Shown here in pieces: positions 56,253 to 64,000 of a stretch of 64,000 nucleotides of DNA. This DNA comes from an uncultured Candidatus Saccharibacteria bacterium (GTDB lineage: Bacteria; Patescibacteriota; Doudnabacteria; UBA920): assembly GCA_964532425.1 (NCBI GenBank), contig CAZHIA010000002.1, forward strand, positions 77,945-141,944, in the 5' to 3' direction. Numbering within the stretch: the stretch's first letter is position 1; every line of letters starts with the position of its first letter. The translations under genes were made by a program, and so were the position numbers. A model generated the notes under the pieces. That model saw nothing but the letters and a program-made list of their open reading frames with translations, had not been told where the DNA came from and did not search any database.

Positions 56253-57578
56253 TTAGTATATTGCCGTGGCGATGTAGGTAACCAGATTTTGGTAGGTGCC
56301 TTGTGGCTGGGTGGCGCCGACCCTGACGCGGTAAATTACATAGGATTCATCGCCTGAGGCTGGGCTGCCGTTTTGCATAATGGTTACCGGGGTGGAGCTG
56401 CTAAAACCCTTGGAGAAGAAGGTGCCACTGTCGTTATAATGGAATGCTGAAGGAGTATTGGTCTTGTCCTGGAGAGAATAGCCAAAGCCATTATTAGCAT
56501 TGTTGTCTGCCCCGGTCAGGTTGTAGTCTGAAATGACCGTGCCGTTGGTCTTCCGGAGGGAACCGTCGGACTGGGCTGTCACAATATACCCGCTGTTGGA
56601 GTTTGTGTCGATATGGATGAACTGGGCAGCCGTACGGTTGGTGTTGACGACCAGGTTGCCGAAAGGCACGGTGGTGGCTGTGGTGGCTACATCCGTGGTG
56701 GCGCCGGCAACTGCTGCGCTAGCCGCTACCGGGTTGATGGTAAAGGTGAAGGACGGGGTAACGGTTGCTGACACGGTGACCGGTTCGATGGTGCCCAGTG
56801 AGGCGGTAGTGGTATCAACCACATTACTGCTCGCGTCTTGTTCATCGATTTGTACGTTCGTAATATCAGCCGTGCCTTGGACCGCGGTTTTAGTGGGGTT
56901 GAGAATTCTGGCGGTGGTACCGATCGTAATGGTAATGGCGGTAGTGGCGGCAATGGTTCCGGTGAAGGGAATGGTAATGACCACATTAGAGGCTGGGGAG
57001 GAGGTTGCGATTGTGCCAGCCGTGCCTCCACCCAGGGTGATTTCAGCGGTTGTGATGCCGCCAAAGTCATACCCGTTCGCCCCAGGGATGCCGTTGTTTG
57101 GGCTGCCATCGCCTGGCAAGGTCACGACAAACTTGCCGCCCGTAACTGCTGAACGGGTAGTAAAGGTAATGGTGTGCTTTGAAGTAGCCTTATAGATGGC
57201 AAAGCTTGACGCGGTAAACGGGTTGGTGGTACCTGCCGTAAGTGCCAGTTGGGTCTGGCTTAAGATTGCGGCAACCGTGCGTGTCTCGGAGGTGGTACAA
57301 GCTGCGGTAGTACACAGCACTATGCTGTCATTTTGCACGATTCCATTGGTGTTAGCCACGGGAATAGTGGTGTCGCCGGCGCTGACCGACCCGGTAATAG
57401 CCGTGTACACGCTGGGGCGAGAAGTGGAAAGGGTATCTCGCAAGGAGGTGAGGGAACCTGCTGCATCTAGGCTGAACGAAGCTGGGATTAGGGCCATTAC
57501 TGTGAGGAACATGGTAATCGTAGCCAGCGAAAGCAGTTTTTTATTAGTTCTTGCTGCCTCTAAAAGAGACTGCCGCAT
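56253..57578 (-). CDS. Secreted Thr/Ser/Gly-rich surface protein, paralog B
   Basis: 441 aa. About 60-70% identical to paralog A, with the same N-terminal motif ('GSLTSLRDTLSTSRPSV') and C-terminal motif ('QNLVTYIATAIY'). Its 3' flank (terminator plus repeats) is about 90% identical to that of paralog A. Confidence 0.8.
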   Translation of the reverse strand: MRQSLLEAARTNKKLLSLATITMFLTVMALIPASFSLDAAGSLTSLRDTLSTSRPSVYTAITGSVSAGDTTIPVANTNGIVQNDSIVLCTTAACTTSETRTVAAILSQTQLALTAGTTNPFTASSFAIYKATSKHTITFTTRSAVTGGKFVVTLPGDGSPNNGIPGANGYDFGGITTAEITLGGGTAGTIATSSPASNVVITIPFTGTIAATTAITITIGTTARILNPTKTAVQGTADITNVQIDEQDASSNVVDTTTASLGTIEPVTVSATVTPSFTFTINPVAASAAVAGATTDVATTATTVPFGNLVVNTNRTAAQFIHIDTNSNSGYIVTAQSDGSLRKTNGTVISDYNLTGADNNANNGFGYSLQDKTNTPSAFHYNDSGTFFSKGFSSSTPVTIMQNGSPASGDESYVIYRVRVGATQPQGTYQNLVTYIATAIY

Positions 57579-57784
57579 AAGAGCTTTTTTATTTCTTAGA
57601 GCTTAAAATCCTTTTTATTATAGAGAAAATTTTTGAATTGGGCAAATGAAAAATGGTTTTGATATCCACAATGGGGCAAACGGCAAAGTAAGAGGTGTTC
57701 CGCCTTAAGGAGCCCTATAAAGTCAATAAACCCCGCGTCCAGCGGGGTCTTAGGAAAAGGTTGATTTTGTGTTGCTCTTATATT

Positions 57785-59104
57785 TTAATATACCGGTGTG
57801 GCAATGTAGGTTACCAGGTTCTGGTATGCACCCTGCGGCTGGGAGGCATTGATCCTGACTCGGTAAGCGACATAGCCTTCGTCTCCGGTAGCCGGCGAGC
57901 TGTTGGACATGATGGTAACCGGACTAGTGCTGCTAAAACCAGCGGAGTTAAAGGTCCTTCCTGAATCATTGTAATTAAAGGTCATGGTCGGGCTGCCTGC
58001 TTTGGTCTGGAGCGCATAGCCAAACCCGTTGGTTGCATTATTGTCTGCTGCTGTTAGGTTAAAATCAGAAATGACCGCACCATTGGTCTTCCGGAGGGAG
58101 CCATCGGACTGGGCCGTGACGAAATAACCACTGTTGGAATTTGTATCGATGTGGATGTACTGGGCCGCCGTACGGTTGGTCGCCACGACCAGGTTTCCGA
58201 AGGGTACTGTGGTGGCTGTGGTGGTAACGTCCGTGTTGACCCCTGCAATCGTGGTCCCGGAGTTGACCGGATTGATGGTAAAGGTAAACGAGGGAACTAC
58301 AGAAGCGGAAATTGTTACCGGTTCAATGGTCCCGACTGAGACCGTGGTAGTATCCACCACGTTATTTCCACTGTCTTGCTCGTCGATTTGCACCGGGAAC
58401 GTGTCAGCCGTGCCTTGGGTAGAGGTCTTGGTTGGATTAAGCAGCATATTCGTATTGCCGACCGTGATGGTTATAGCGGTGGTGGCGTTGATCGTGCCGG
58501 TAAACGGGATGGTAATGACGACGTTGGAAGCCGGGGAGGAGGTAGTGATAGTGCCGGCAGTGCCTCCGGTTAAGGAAATGTCGGCGGCAGTGATTTTGTT
58601 AAAATCGAACCCGTTCAGCGCCGGGATGCTATTGTTCGGCCCGCCGGCATCTCCGGGCAAGGTGACCACAAACTTGCCGCCCGTCACTGCCGAGCGGGTG
58701 GTGAAGGTGATGGTATGTTTCGAAGCTGATTTTAAATAGACATTCCCGCCTCCGGCATAGCCATTGGCAGTACCAGTAGTCAGGCTGATCTGGGTATTAT
58801 TGGGGACAGAGCTGATCACTTTCGTTTCCGTAACCGTGCATCCCGCATTACAGAGCGTGATGGTGTCACCTTGCAGTAAGCCGACCGTGCTCGTAACGGT
58901 GATAGTGGTGTCGCCCAAGGTTACCGCGGACATGGGGGTGGCCACGCTTGGGCGCGAGGTTGACAGGCTGTCTTTTACCGTGGTCAGGGAACCGCTCGCG
59001 TTCAACTGAAAGGTGGCAGGGGTAAGAATAAAAACAATCATAATAATACTTATGATTGCCCATGAAAACAGCTTTTTCTGAAAGCTGGAGAAAAAATTCA
59101 CCAT
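57785..59104 (-). CDS. Secreted Thr/Ser/Gly-rich surface protein, paralog C
   Basis: 439 aa. Shares 'GSLTTVKDSLSTSRPSV' and the C-terminal 'YRVRINASQPQGAYQNLVTYIATPVY'. Confidence 0.8.
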   Translation of the reverse strand: MVNFFSSFQKKLFSWAIISIIMIVFILTPATFQLNASGSLTTVKDSLSTSRPSVATPMSAVTLGDTTITVTSTVGLLQGDTITLCNAGCTVTETKVISSVPNNTQISLTTGTANGYAGGGNVYLKSASKHTITFTTRSAVTGGKFVVTLPGDAGGPNNSIPALNGFDFNKITAADISLTGGTAGTITTSSPASNVVITIPFTGTINATTAITITVGNTNMLLNPTKTSTQGTADTFPVQIDEQDSGNNVVDTTTVSVGTIEPVTISASVVPSFTFTINPVNSGTTIAGVNTDVTTTATTVPFGNLVVATNRTAAQYIHIDTNSNSGYFVTAQSDGSLRKTNGAVISDFNLTAADNNATNGFGYALQTKAGSPTMTFNYNDSGRTFNSAGFSSTSPVTIMSNSSPATGDEGYVAYRVRINASQPQGAYQNLVTYIATPVY

Positions 59105-59191
59105 AGGTGCTGATCTTTTTGAATTTTGTTTTTGTTTCTTGAAACCGATAACCTTGCTTATATTATAGCAGATTGTAAGGTTTTTTGCAAA

Positions 59192-59878
59192 TTATCCGCC
59201 AAATCCCTGGTAAAATTCTAGCGTATCAACCGTGGCCTTAAAGACATCCATAAAATCTTCCTGGGCTTTGGCTGTTTTCGTTTCTAGGATGAATTGATAG
59301 AACCGTTTATCCTGGTTGGAGACGATGATCATGGTCCAGTACGGCATATTGTTTATAGGCCGGGATGCGGTCAGGCGGTATTGTCGGGCCTGGAATCCGT
59401 TTATCGTGCGATCCCCATCATTTTGCAGATTTCCGCGGGGAAAATAGTTCTCTTCCTGGTCTTTAAGCCACGCATCGAAGCTTACGCGTTGGAGGTTGTT
59501 GTAGGTTTTTACCTCAATAATAGCCTGGTCATCTTCCAGTTCTTTGATAAAGTTTATGCGTTCGGAGGCGAAAAAGTAGTCACCTTCTTCGAATGAGCCG
59601 ATGACTGACCACCAGGAACCGGGATATTTAAAACGAAATCCCCAAAAATCATTATGGTAGAGCTGTTCGTCCCTTGCTGCTTTTTTGTCGGGCAGGTCGG
59701 TGCCCCCCACTGCCGCCCGGTGCATTTCATAATAATAGAGGAAACCTAGAGTAGCGGCTGCCGCAATGATCAAGCAGATGATCGATAATGTTATAATGAG
59801 CCGTTTCGACAGGCGCACGCCGATATCGGGAGGCGCTGACTCGACGTATGGTTGAGTTTTATTTTCTTGTTGGTCCAT
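59192..59878 (-). CDS. Single-pass membrane protein with extracytoplasmic domain
   Basis: 228 aa. A 25-aa cytoplasmic N-terminus is followed by the TM 'LIITLSIICLIIAAAATLGFLYYY' and a ~180-aa ectodomain rich in W/F/Y. Confidence 0.55.
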   Translation of the reverse strand: MDQQENKTQPYVESAPPDIGVRLSKRLIITLSIICLIIAAAATLGFLYYYEMHRAAVGGTDLPDKKAARDEQLYHNDFWGFRFKYPGSWWSVIGSFEEGDYFFASERINFIKELEDDQAIIEVKTYNNLQRVSFDAWLKDQEENYFPRGNLQNDGDRTINGFQARQYRLTASRPINNMPYWTMIIVSNQDKRFYQFILETKTAKAQEDFMDVFKATVDTLEFYQGFGG

Positions 59879-60078
59879 AGTTGGTATTTATATTTTAGCA
59901 TAAGTTAGTTGAAAACGTTCACCAAATAACATTTGGAAATACAATCGAAATGCAGTAGAAATATATAGAAATACAATTGTATTTCTACGGTATTTCCATC
60001 GTATTGCTATTGTATTTCTCTGTTCATTTTTCATTGCCTCCACACCCCGCCTATGATAAAGTAAACATAGATACGCCT

Positions 60079-61176
60079 ATGTCGAAACAAAAACTCCTCT
60101 ATAATATAGTCATCAGCATGGTCGTGCTTATTGTGCCGCTGTCGTTGTTCGCCCAAGTACCGAGCAGTAGTAACTTTCGGCTGGATACTTCTGACTTTAA
60201 CTATAGCGACGGGCTCATGAGCAGCTCCAGTAATTATTCTTCGCGGGCGGCAGCGGGCGCTGTTGAAGAGAATAAAAATACCTCCTCGGCCTTCCATTTC
60301 TTTTCCGGGTTCTTCCCTCCGTCCTATCCGGGGATTCCGGGAGTGCCGACGTTAACCAATACTGGCGGCATGCTCTATAATTCTTTGGATTTCATTATCA
60401 GTACCGGAGGTAACCGTGCTGATACCAATTATGCCATCGCGATTTCCAGCGACGGATTTGCCACCACTAAATTTATCCAAGCGGATGATACGGTGGGGGA
60501 TGTGCCAGCCTGGCAGACCTATATTGCTTGGGGCGGTGGCACTGGTCAGCGGGTCTATGGATTGACGCCGAATACCACATACCAGATCAAGGTCAAAGCC
60601 AGGTTCGGTCCGGACAGCGAGACGGGATATTCGCTCGTGGCCCAGGCTGCTACTATTTTGCCGACGCTCACGGTTATTATAGAGGGGTTGCCTGCCGGTA
60701 CGGCTATTGGCACTGCTACAACCACGGTGTCTTCCTCGCCAACCGATATTATCTTTAACGCGCTGCAGCCCGGTACTATAAAAATTGCCGGCCAGCGGGT
60801 AACGGTCACGACGAATGCTACAGCCGGATATACGACCACCCTGTCCCAGGATCACGACCTGGCCAGTCCGACCGGCACGGTTATTCCCGCAGTGGTCGCA
60901 ACCAATGCCAGCCCGGCCCCGTGGCCGATAGGAGTCACGTTTGGCCGGTTCGGGTATCATACGACAGCTACTGCGCTGTGCACCGGCAATCCCACCCGCT
61001 TCGCGTTGGACGATACCTTTGCGGCAGCCACTTCCACGCCATATGAGATCGCTTGCAATACAGGTCCGGCCAGCACGGAACGCACTAATCTGGTATTTAA
61101 GGTGGAAGTGGGGAATGTGCAGTCTGCGGGCAGATACAGTAATCTGATCACGTACATAACTACCCCCCAGTATTAA
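60079..61176 (+). CDS. Secreted surface protein, divergent paralog D (shares C-terminal strand motif)
   Basis: About 365 aa from Met 60079, with the signal peptide 'MSKQKLLYNIVISMVVLIVPLSLFAQ'. The C-terminus 'LVFKVEVGNVQSAGRYSNLITYITTPQY' aligns with the C-termini of A, B and C. The ORF track starts at 59977. Confidence 0.7.
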   Translation: MSKQKLLYNIVISMVVLIVPLSLFAQVPSSSNFRLDTSDFNYSDGLMSSSSNYSSRAAAGAVEENKNTSSAFHFFSGFFPPSYPGIPGVPTLTNTGGMLYNSLDFIISTGGNRADTNYAIAISSDGFATTKFIQADDTVGDVPAWQTYIAWGGGTGQRVYGLTPNTTYQIKVKARFGPDSETGYSLVAQAATILPTLTVIIEGLPAGTAIGTATTTVSSSPTDIIFNALQPGTIKIAGQRVTVTTNATAGYTTTLSQDHDLASPTGTVIPAVVATNASPAPWPIGVTFGRFGYHTTATALCTGNPTRFALDDTFAAATSTPYEIACNTGPASTERTNLVFKVEVGNVQSAGRYSNLITYITTPQY

Positions 61177-61212
61177 ATTGTGCTATAATAGAACCATAAT
61201 TATTGCTTATTT

Positions 61213-62202
61213 ATGCGAAATAAATTGTGCAAATGGCGCTTATTCGGGGGTTTCGTTGCCGTTGTCATGTTGGTTGCGGGGTTCCTTGCCATCGGAGCGC
61301 CGGCCCGGGCGCAAATGGGTCCTGCTGGCCAGGGGCTAACCATTACTCCATTTTTGCTCGAACGCCAGATGCAAAAGGGTGATACGAGTAATGAGATTAT
61401 TGACATTATCAACACTTCGGATCAGCCGATGCCGGTGGACATTACGATCAACGATTTCGTTCCTGTCGGAGACAATGGCCAGCAGCTGTTTATGGATGGG
61501 GGAAAGGGCGATCCCCGGTACTCGCTGTCCAGCTGGATAACGATCGAAAGTAATCCAAAACAGAATCTGGCGCCGCATGAACGCACGAGTCTGGAATTCT
61601 CCATTCATCCGCCGATGAATGCCGAAGATGGTGGGCATTACGGAGCGATCCTTTTCAGCTTTATGCCCCCGCAGCCCGAAGGCAGCGCTGTAGCCGTAGC
61701 CCAGAAGTTGGGTGCCATCATTTTGGTCAAACTCGGCAAAGTCAGCGAATCCGGGCAGATCGTCAAGTTTGGAGCAATCAAGTTTTTTCATGAGTATCCG
61801 CCTGTAGAATTCACGACAGTCTTCAAGAATACGGGAAATGTGCATGTGAAGCCGCGCGGTTCCATTGTGGTTACCAACATGTTTGGTCGGAAGATAGCCA
61901 GTGTCCTGGTAAATGAGAATGCCAACAATGTCCTGGCTGATACCGAACGCGCATTTACGAGCACCTGGAAGGATCGGTTCGGGTTTGGTCCGTATCGGGC
62001 AGAGGTGAGGCTGGTGTACGGGGATTCAGGACAAATAGAGACAGCTCGTACTACTTTCTGGATTATTCCTTGGAAGATCACACTTGCTGTTGCTGCCGGA
62101 CTATTTATACTGCTCGTATTGCTTATTGGCGGTGTCCGTCGCTACAACCGCTGGTTGCTCAAGAGGGCATATGCGGTCCAGCCGGTCAAAAAGGATAAAT
62201 AA
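61213..62202 (+). CDS. Cell-surface protein with N-terminal signal peptide and C-terminal TM anchor + basic tail
   Basis: 329 aa. Signal 'VAVVMLVAGFLAIGAPARAQ', a ~270-aa β-rich ectodomain, and the C-terminus 'ITLAVAAGLFILLVLLIGGVRRYNRWLLKR'. Confidence 0.7.
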   Translation: MRNKLCKWRLFGGFVAVVMLVAGFLAIGAPARAQMGPAGQGLTITPFLLERQMQKGDTSNEIIDIINTSDQPMPVDITINDFVPVGDNGQQLFMDGGKGDPRYSLSSWITIESNPKQNLAPHERTSLEFSIHPPMNAEDGGHYGAILFSFMPPQPEGSAVAVAQKLGAIILVKLGKVSESGQIVKFGAIKFFHEYPPVEFTTVFKNTGNVHVKPRGSIVVTNMFGRKIASVLVNENANNVLADTERAFTSTWKDRFGFGPYRAEVRLVYGDSGQIETARTTFWIIPWKITLAVAAGLFILLVLLIGGVRRYNRWLLKRAYAVQPVKKDK

Positions 62203-62285
62203 GCTCGTACGAATAAACACCTTCGCGAAAGCGTGGGTGTTTTTTTATAATCCGGAGGGCACCGCTTATCCGTATAGCGAAGCAT

Positions 62286-62441
62286 TCCTGCAGTGTAGGG
62301 GCAGCCGATCCTGCCTGCCGGTCATCGACTCCGAGGCCGCCCAGACTCGAGGAGCAGGCAGGAGGCGCCGGCTTCTTAAAGCACCAAAAACAAATCTCAA
62401 ATTACAAACAATATCCAAATTTCAAATTCAAAATTCTGCAG
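62286..62441. repeat. ~155-bp direct repeat, copy 1 (GTAGGGGCAGCCGA + split CCTGCCTGCCGG...GCAGGCAGGAGG hairpin + AT-rich CAAAT words + TGCAG)
   Basis: About 90% identical to 63411-63568. Confidence 0.8.
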
Positions 62442-62496
62442 ATTGGATATTGAATATTGTCTCCCTCTGGGAGATCTACCGCAGGTATGAGGTATG

Positions 62497-62650
62497 AGGA
62501 AGTAGTCTCAAAACCTCCTTGTGGCGTCATTCTGAGTCCTGAGTTCGACGAAGGACGAAGAATCTCATGATCGGTAAGAGATACTTCGGTCGTCTGACTC
62601 CCTCAGTATGACGCCGGAGAGGGAGTATCCTGGTTTTGAGACCGCTTCTA
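62497..62650. repeat. ~150-bp palindromic structured element
   Basis: The arms 'TCTCAAAACCTCCTTGTGGCGTCATTCTGAG' and 'CTCAGTATGACGCCGGAGAGGGAGTATCCTGGTTTTGAGA' can pair around a ~65-nt GC-rich core. Confidence 0.55.
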
Positions 62651-62699
62651 GAATAAATCTTAAAATTTGATGCTTGGGATTTGGAATTTGAACGGCGGG

Positions 62700-63700
62700 C
62701 AGCTGACGCTAGCCCCTACGGGGAACAGTGTCCTGCAGCGTAGGGGCAGCCGACAGGCGTCAGTTAAAACGTATCACAAAATCATCAGGAGAACGGGCTG
62801 CTGTCGCACGCCCCTACACCAGACAGGTGTGCCTTGCGGCGGAGGGGTAGCCGCCTTGAGAAGCACCAAGCTCCAAATTGCAAATACCAAATAATATCCA
62901 AATCTCAAATTTAAAATTTTGCAGGTCTTGTGTATTGGGAGTTGGTATTTAATTAAGACTGGATGCTTGGGTTTTAGAAATTTTTGAGACCGGCAACCAC
63001 CACTTGCCCTTACGGGGGATCGTGTCGTGCAGTGTAGGGGCAAGCGATAGCTGCCCGTTTGGATGGTTGTACTATCTTATTCAGAGACGGTCGGATTATT
63101 CGCGTAGAATTTTTTTGTCACGCCTCCCTGTAAAGAAAACGCAGTCCACAAAAATTTTCAAAGAAATTTCGTACCCTGCAAAATTGTGCGCTCGATAAAT
63201 CTTCCGGAGGAAAATAAATTACATTTTGAATTTAGAATTGGATTTTCAAACTCTTAAGTAGGCTTGCTCCTGCATAGATAAAGTGCACCCACAGTGTAGG
63301 GGTCACCGATAAGGATCACAAAAATCGTATTTGCATTTTCTGCATGAGCGGGCTGCTCCTGCCTGCCGGCAGGCAGGATCGCACACCCCTACAGAAATCA
63401 AATACACCTTCCTGCAGCGTAGGGGCAGCCGATCCTGTCTGCCGGTCATCGACTCCGAGGCCATCCAGACTCGAGGAGCAGGCAGGAGGCGCCCGCTTCT
63501 TAAAGCACAAAAAAACAAATCCCAAATTATAAATAATATCTAAATTTCAAATTTTAAAAAAATTGCAGTTTTTGAATTTTGGATATTGTGATTTATTTGG
63601 GATTTGGTACTTGAGATTTGGAATTTGAAAGGCGGGCTGCTATCGCACACCCCTACACTGCAGGGAACAGTGGGATGTATTTGTAGGGGCAGGATTCATC
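62700..63700. repeat. Array of ≥5 irregularly spaced hairpin repeats of type CGCAC[A/G]CCCCTAC-N13-22-GTAGGGGCAGCCGA (loop often contains GGAACAGT)
   Basis: Instances occur at about 62705-62765, 62790-62850 (a variant), 63005-63060, 63375-63435 and 63634-63700. One more lies at 55845-55905. Spacing is irregular at 250-380 bp. Confidence 0.75.
63411..63568. repeat. ~155-bp direct repeat, copy 2
   Basis: About 90% identical to 62286-62441, including the split palindrome and the terminal TTGCAG. Confidence 0.8.
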
Positions 63701-64000
63701 CGCCCGCTGCTACATGACGGCCTGTTGTGGAGGGGGCAGCTGGCGCTCGCCCCTACAAAGAACAGGACTACTGACAGCGTAAGGGTGAAATTTACCAATG
63801 CGCCATCCGATGGTGCTTTGGATTTGTCATGTCCACATCGTCTACCCTGGGCGGTAAAGGCGGGTAGGGTACAGGAAGTGACGCGTACTGGATCGAATGC
63901 ACTCCTTCCGCTTTTCTGCTTGACATTCTTAAAAACAACGATATACACAAGCAGGCCAGAAAAAAAATTGGGGAAAAAGTTGCCAAGGGTATTACCAAAT

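Noticed and set aside
62203-64000. Possible CRISPR array suggested by recurring GTAGGGGCAGCCGA units
   Set aside because: Repeat spacing is irregular at about 250-380 bp. The units are inverted-repeat hairpins and not direct repeats of uniform length. There are no uniform spacers and no cas genes nearby.
1-64000. tRNA and rRNA genes
   Set aside because: No TΨC-loop (GGTTCGAATCC-like) signatures with cloverleaf context were found. No 16S/23S conserved motifs were found by eye. None is claimed, though a tool-based scan should confirm this.

Overview
This ~64 kb window (about 47–50% GC, with a few ~55–60% GC patches) looks like a small-genome bacterium, probably a CPR/Patescibacteria-type organism. 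That placement is inference from gene content: a four-helix-bundle '23S IVS' protein, a FemAB transferase, a short TsaB, a giant Ig-repeat surface protein, PilB, and many palindromic intergenic elements. Housekeeping genes cover most of the window: tsaE, a DHH phosphoesterase, pilB/gspE ATPase, polA, uvrB, ruvA, rpsT, a FemAB-family transferase, a LOG-family protein, a Mur ligase, a tsaB-like gene, an ABC-2 exporter pair, a CCA-adding enzyme with a long C-terminal extension, rpoB and rpoC. Accessory or unusual content is listed below.
- A compact locus of three paralogous PEP-utilising swivel-His phosphotransferases (only one has the ATP-grasp domain) around a PTA/PTB-like gene.
- A RhuM/Fic-Doc fusion next to a TTTGTAGA palindromic array.
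- A 1041-aa surface protein with about 10–11 Ig-like repeats.
- A membrane-anchored Clp-like ATPase whose D1 Walker A lacks the lysine.
- A small gene flanked by two near-identical 40-bp palindromes.
- rpoB and rpoC separated by a terminator and an antisense small ORF.
- At 54–62 kb, a cluster of four paralogous secreted Thr/Ser/Gly-rich proteins sharing N- and C-terminal motifs, plus a signal-peptide/C-terminal-TM protein. I consider this the best candidate for an undescribed cell-surface system.
- Several families of short palindromic or direct repeat elements (TGACAAAA arrays, TACGGAT arrays, GTAGGGGCAGCCGA hairpins, a CCTGCCTGCCGGCAGGCAGG palindrome, and ~155-bp direct repeats), concentrated at 62.2–64 kb.
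No rRNA, tRNA or CRISPR array could be supported from the sequence.
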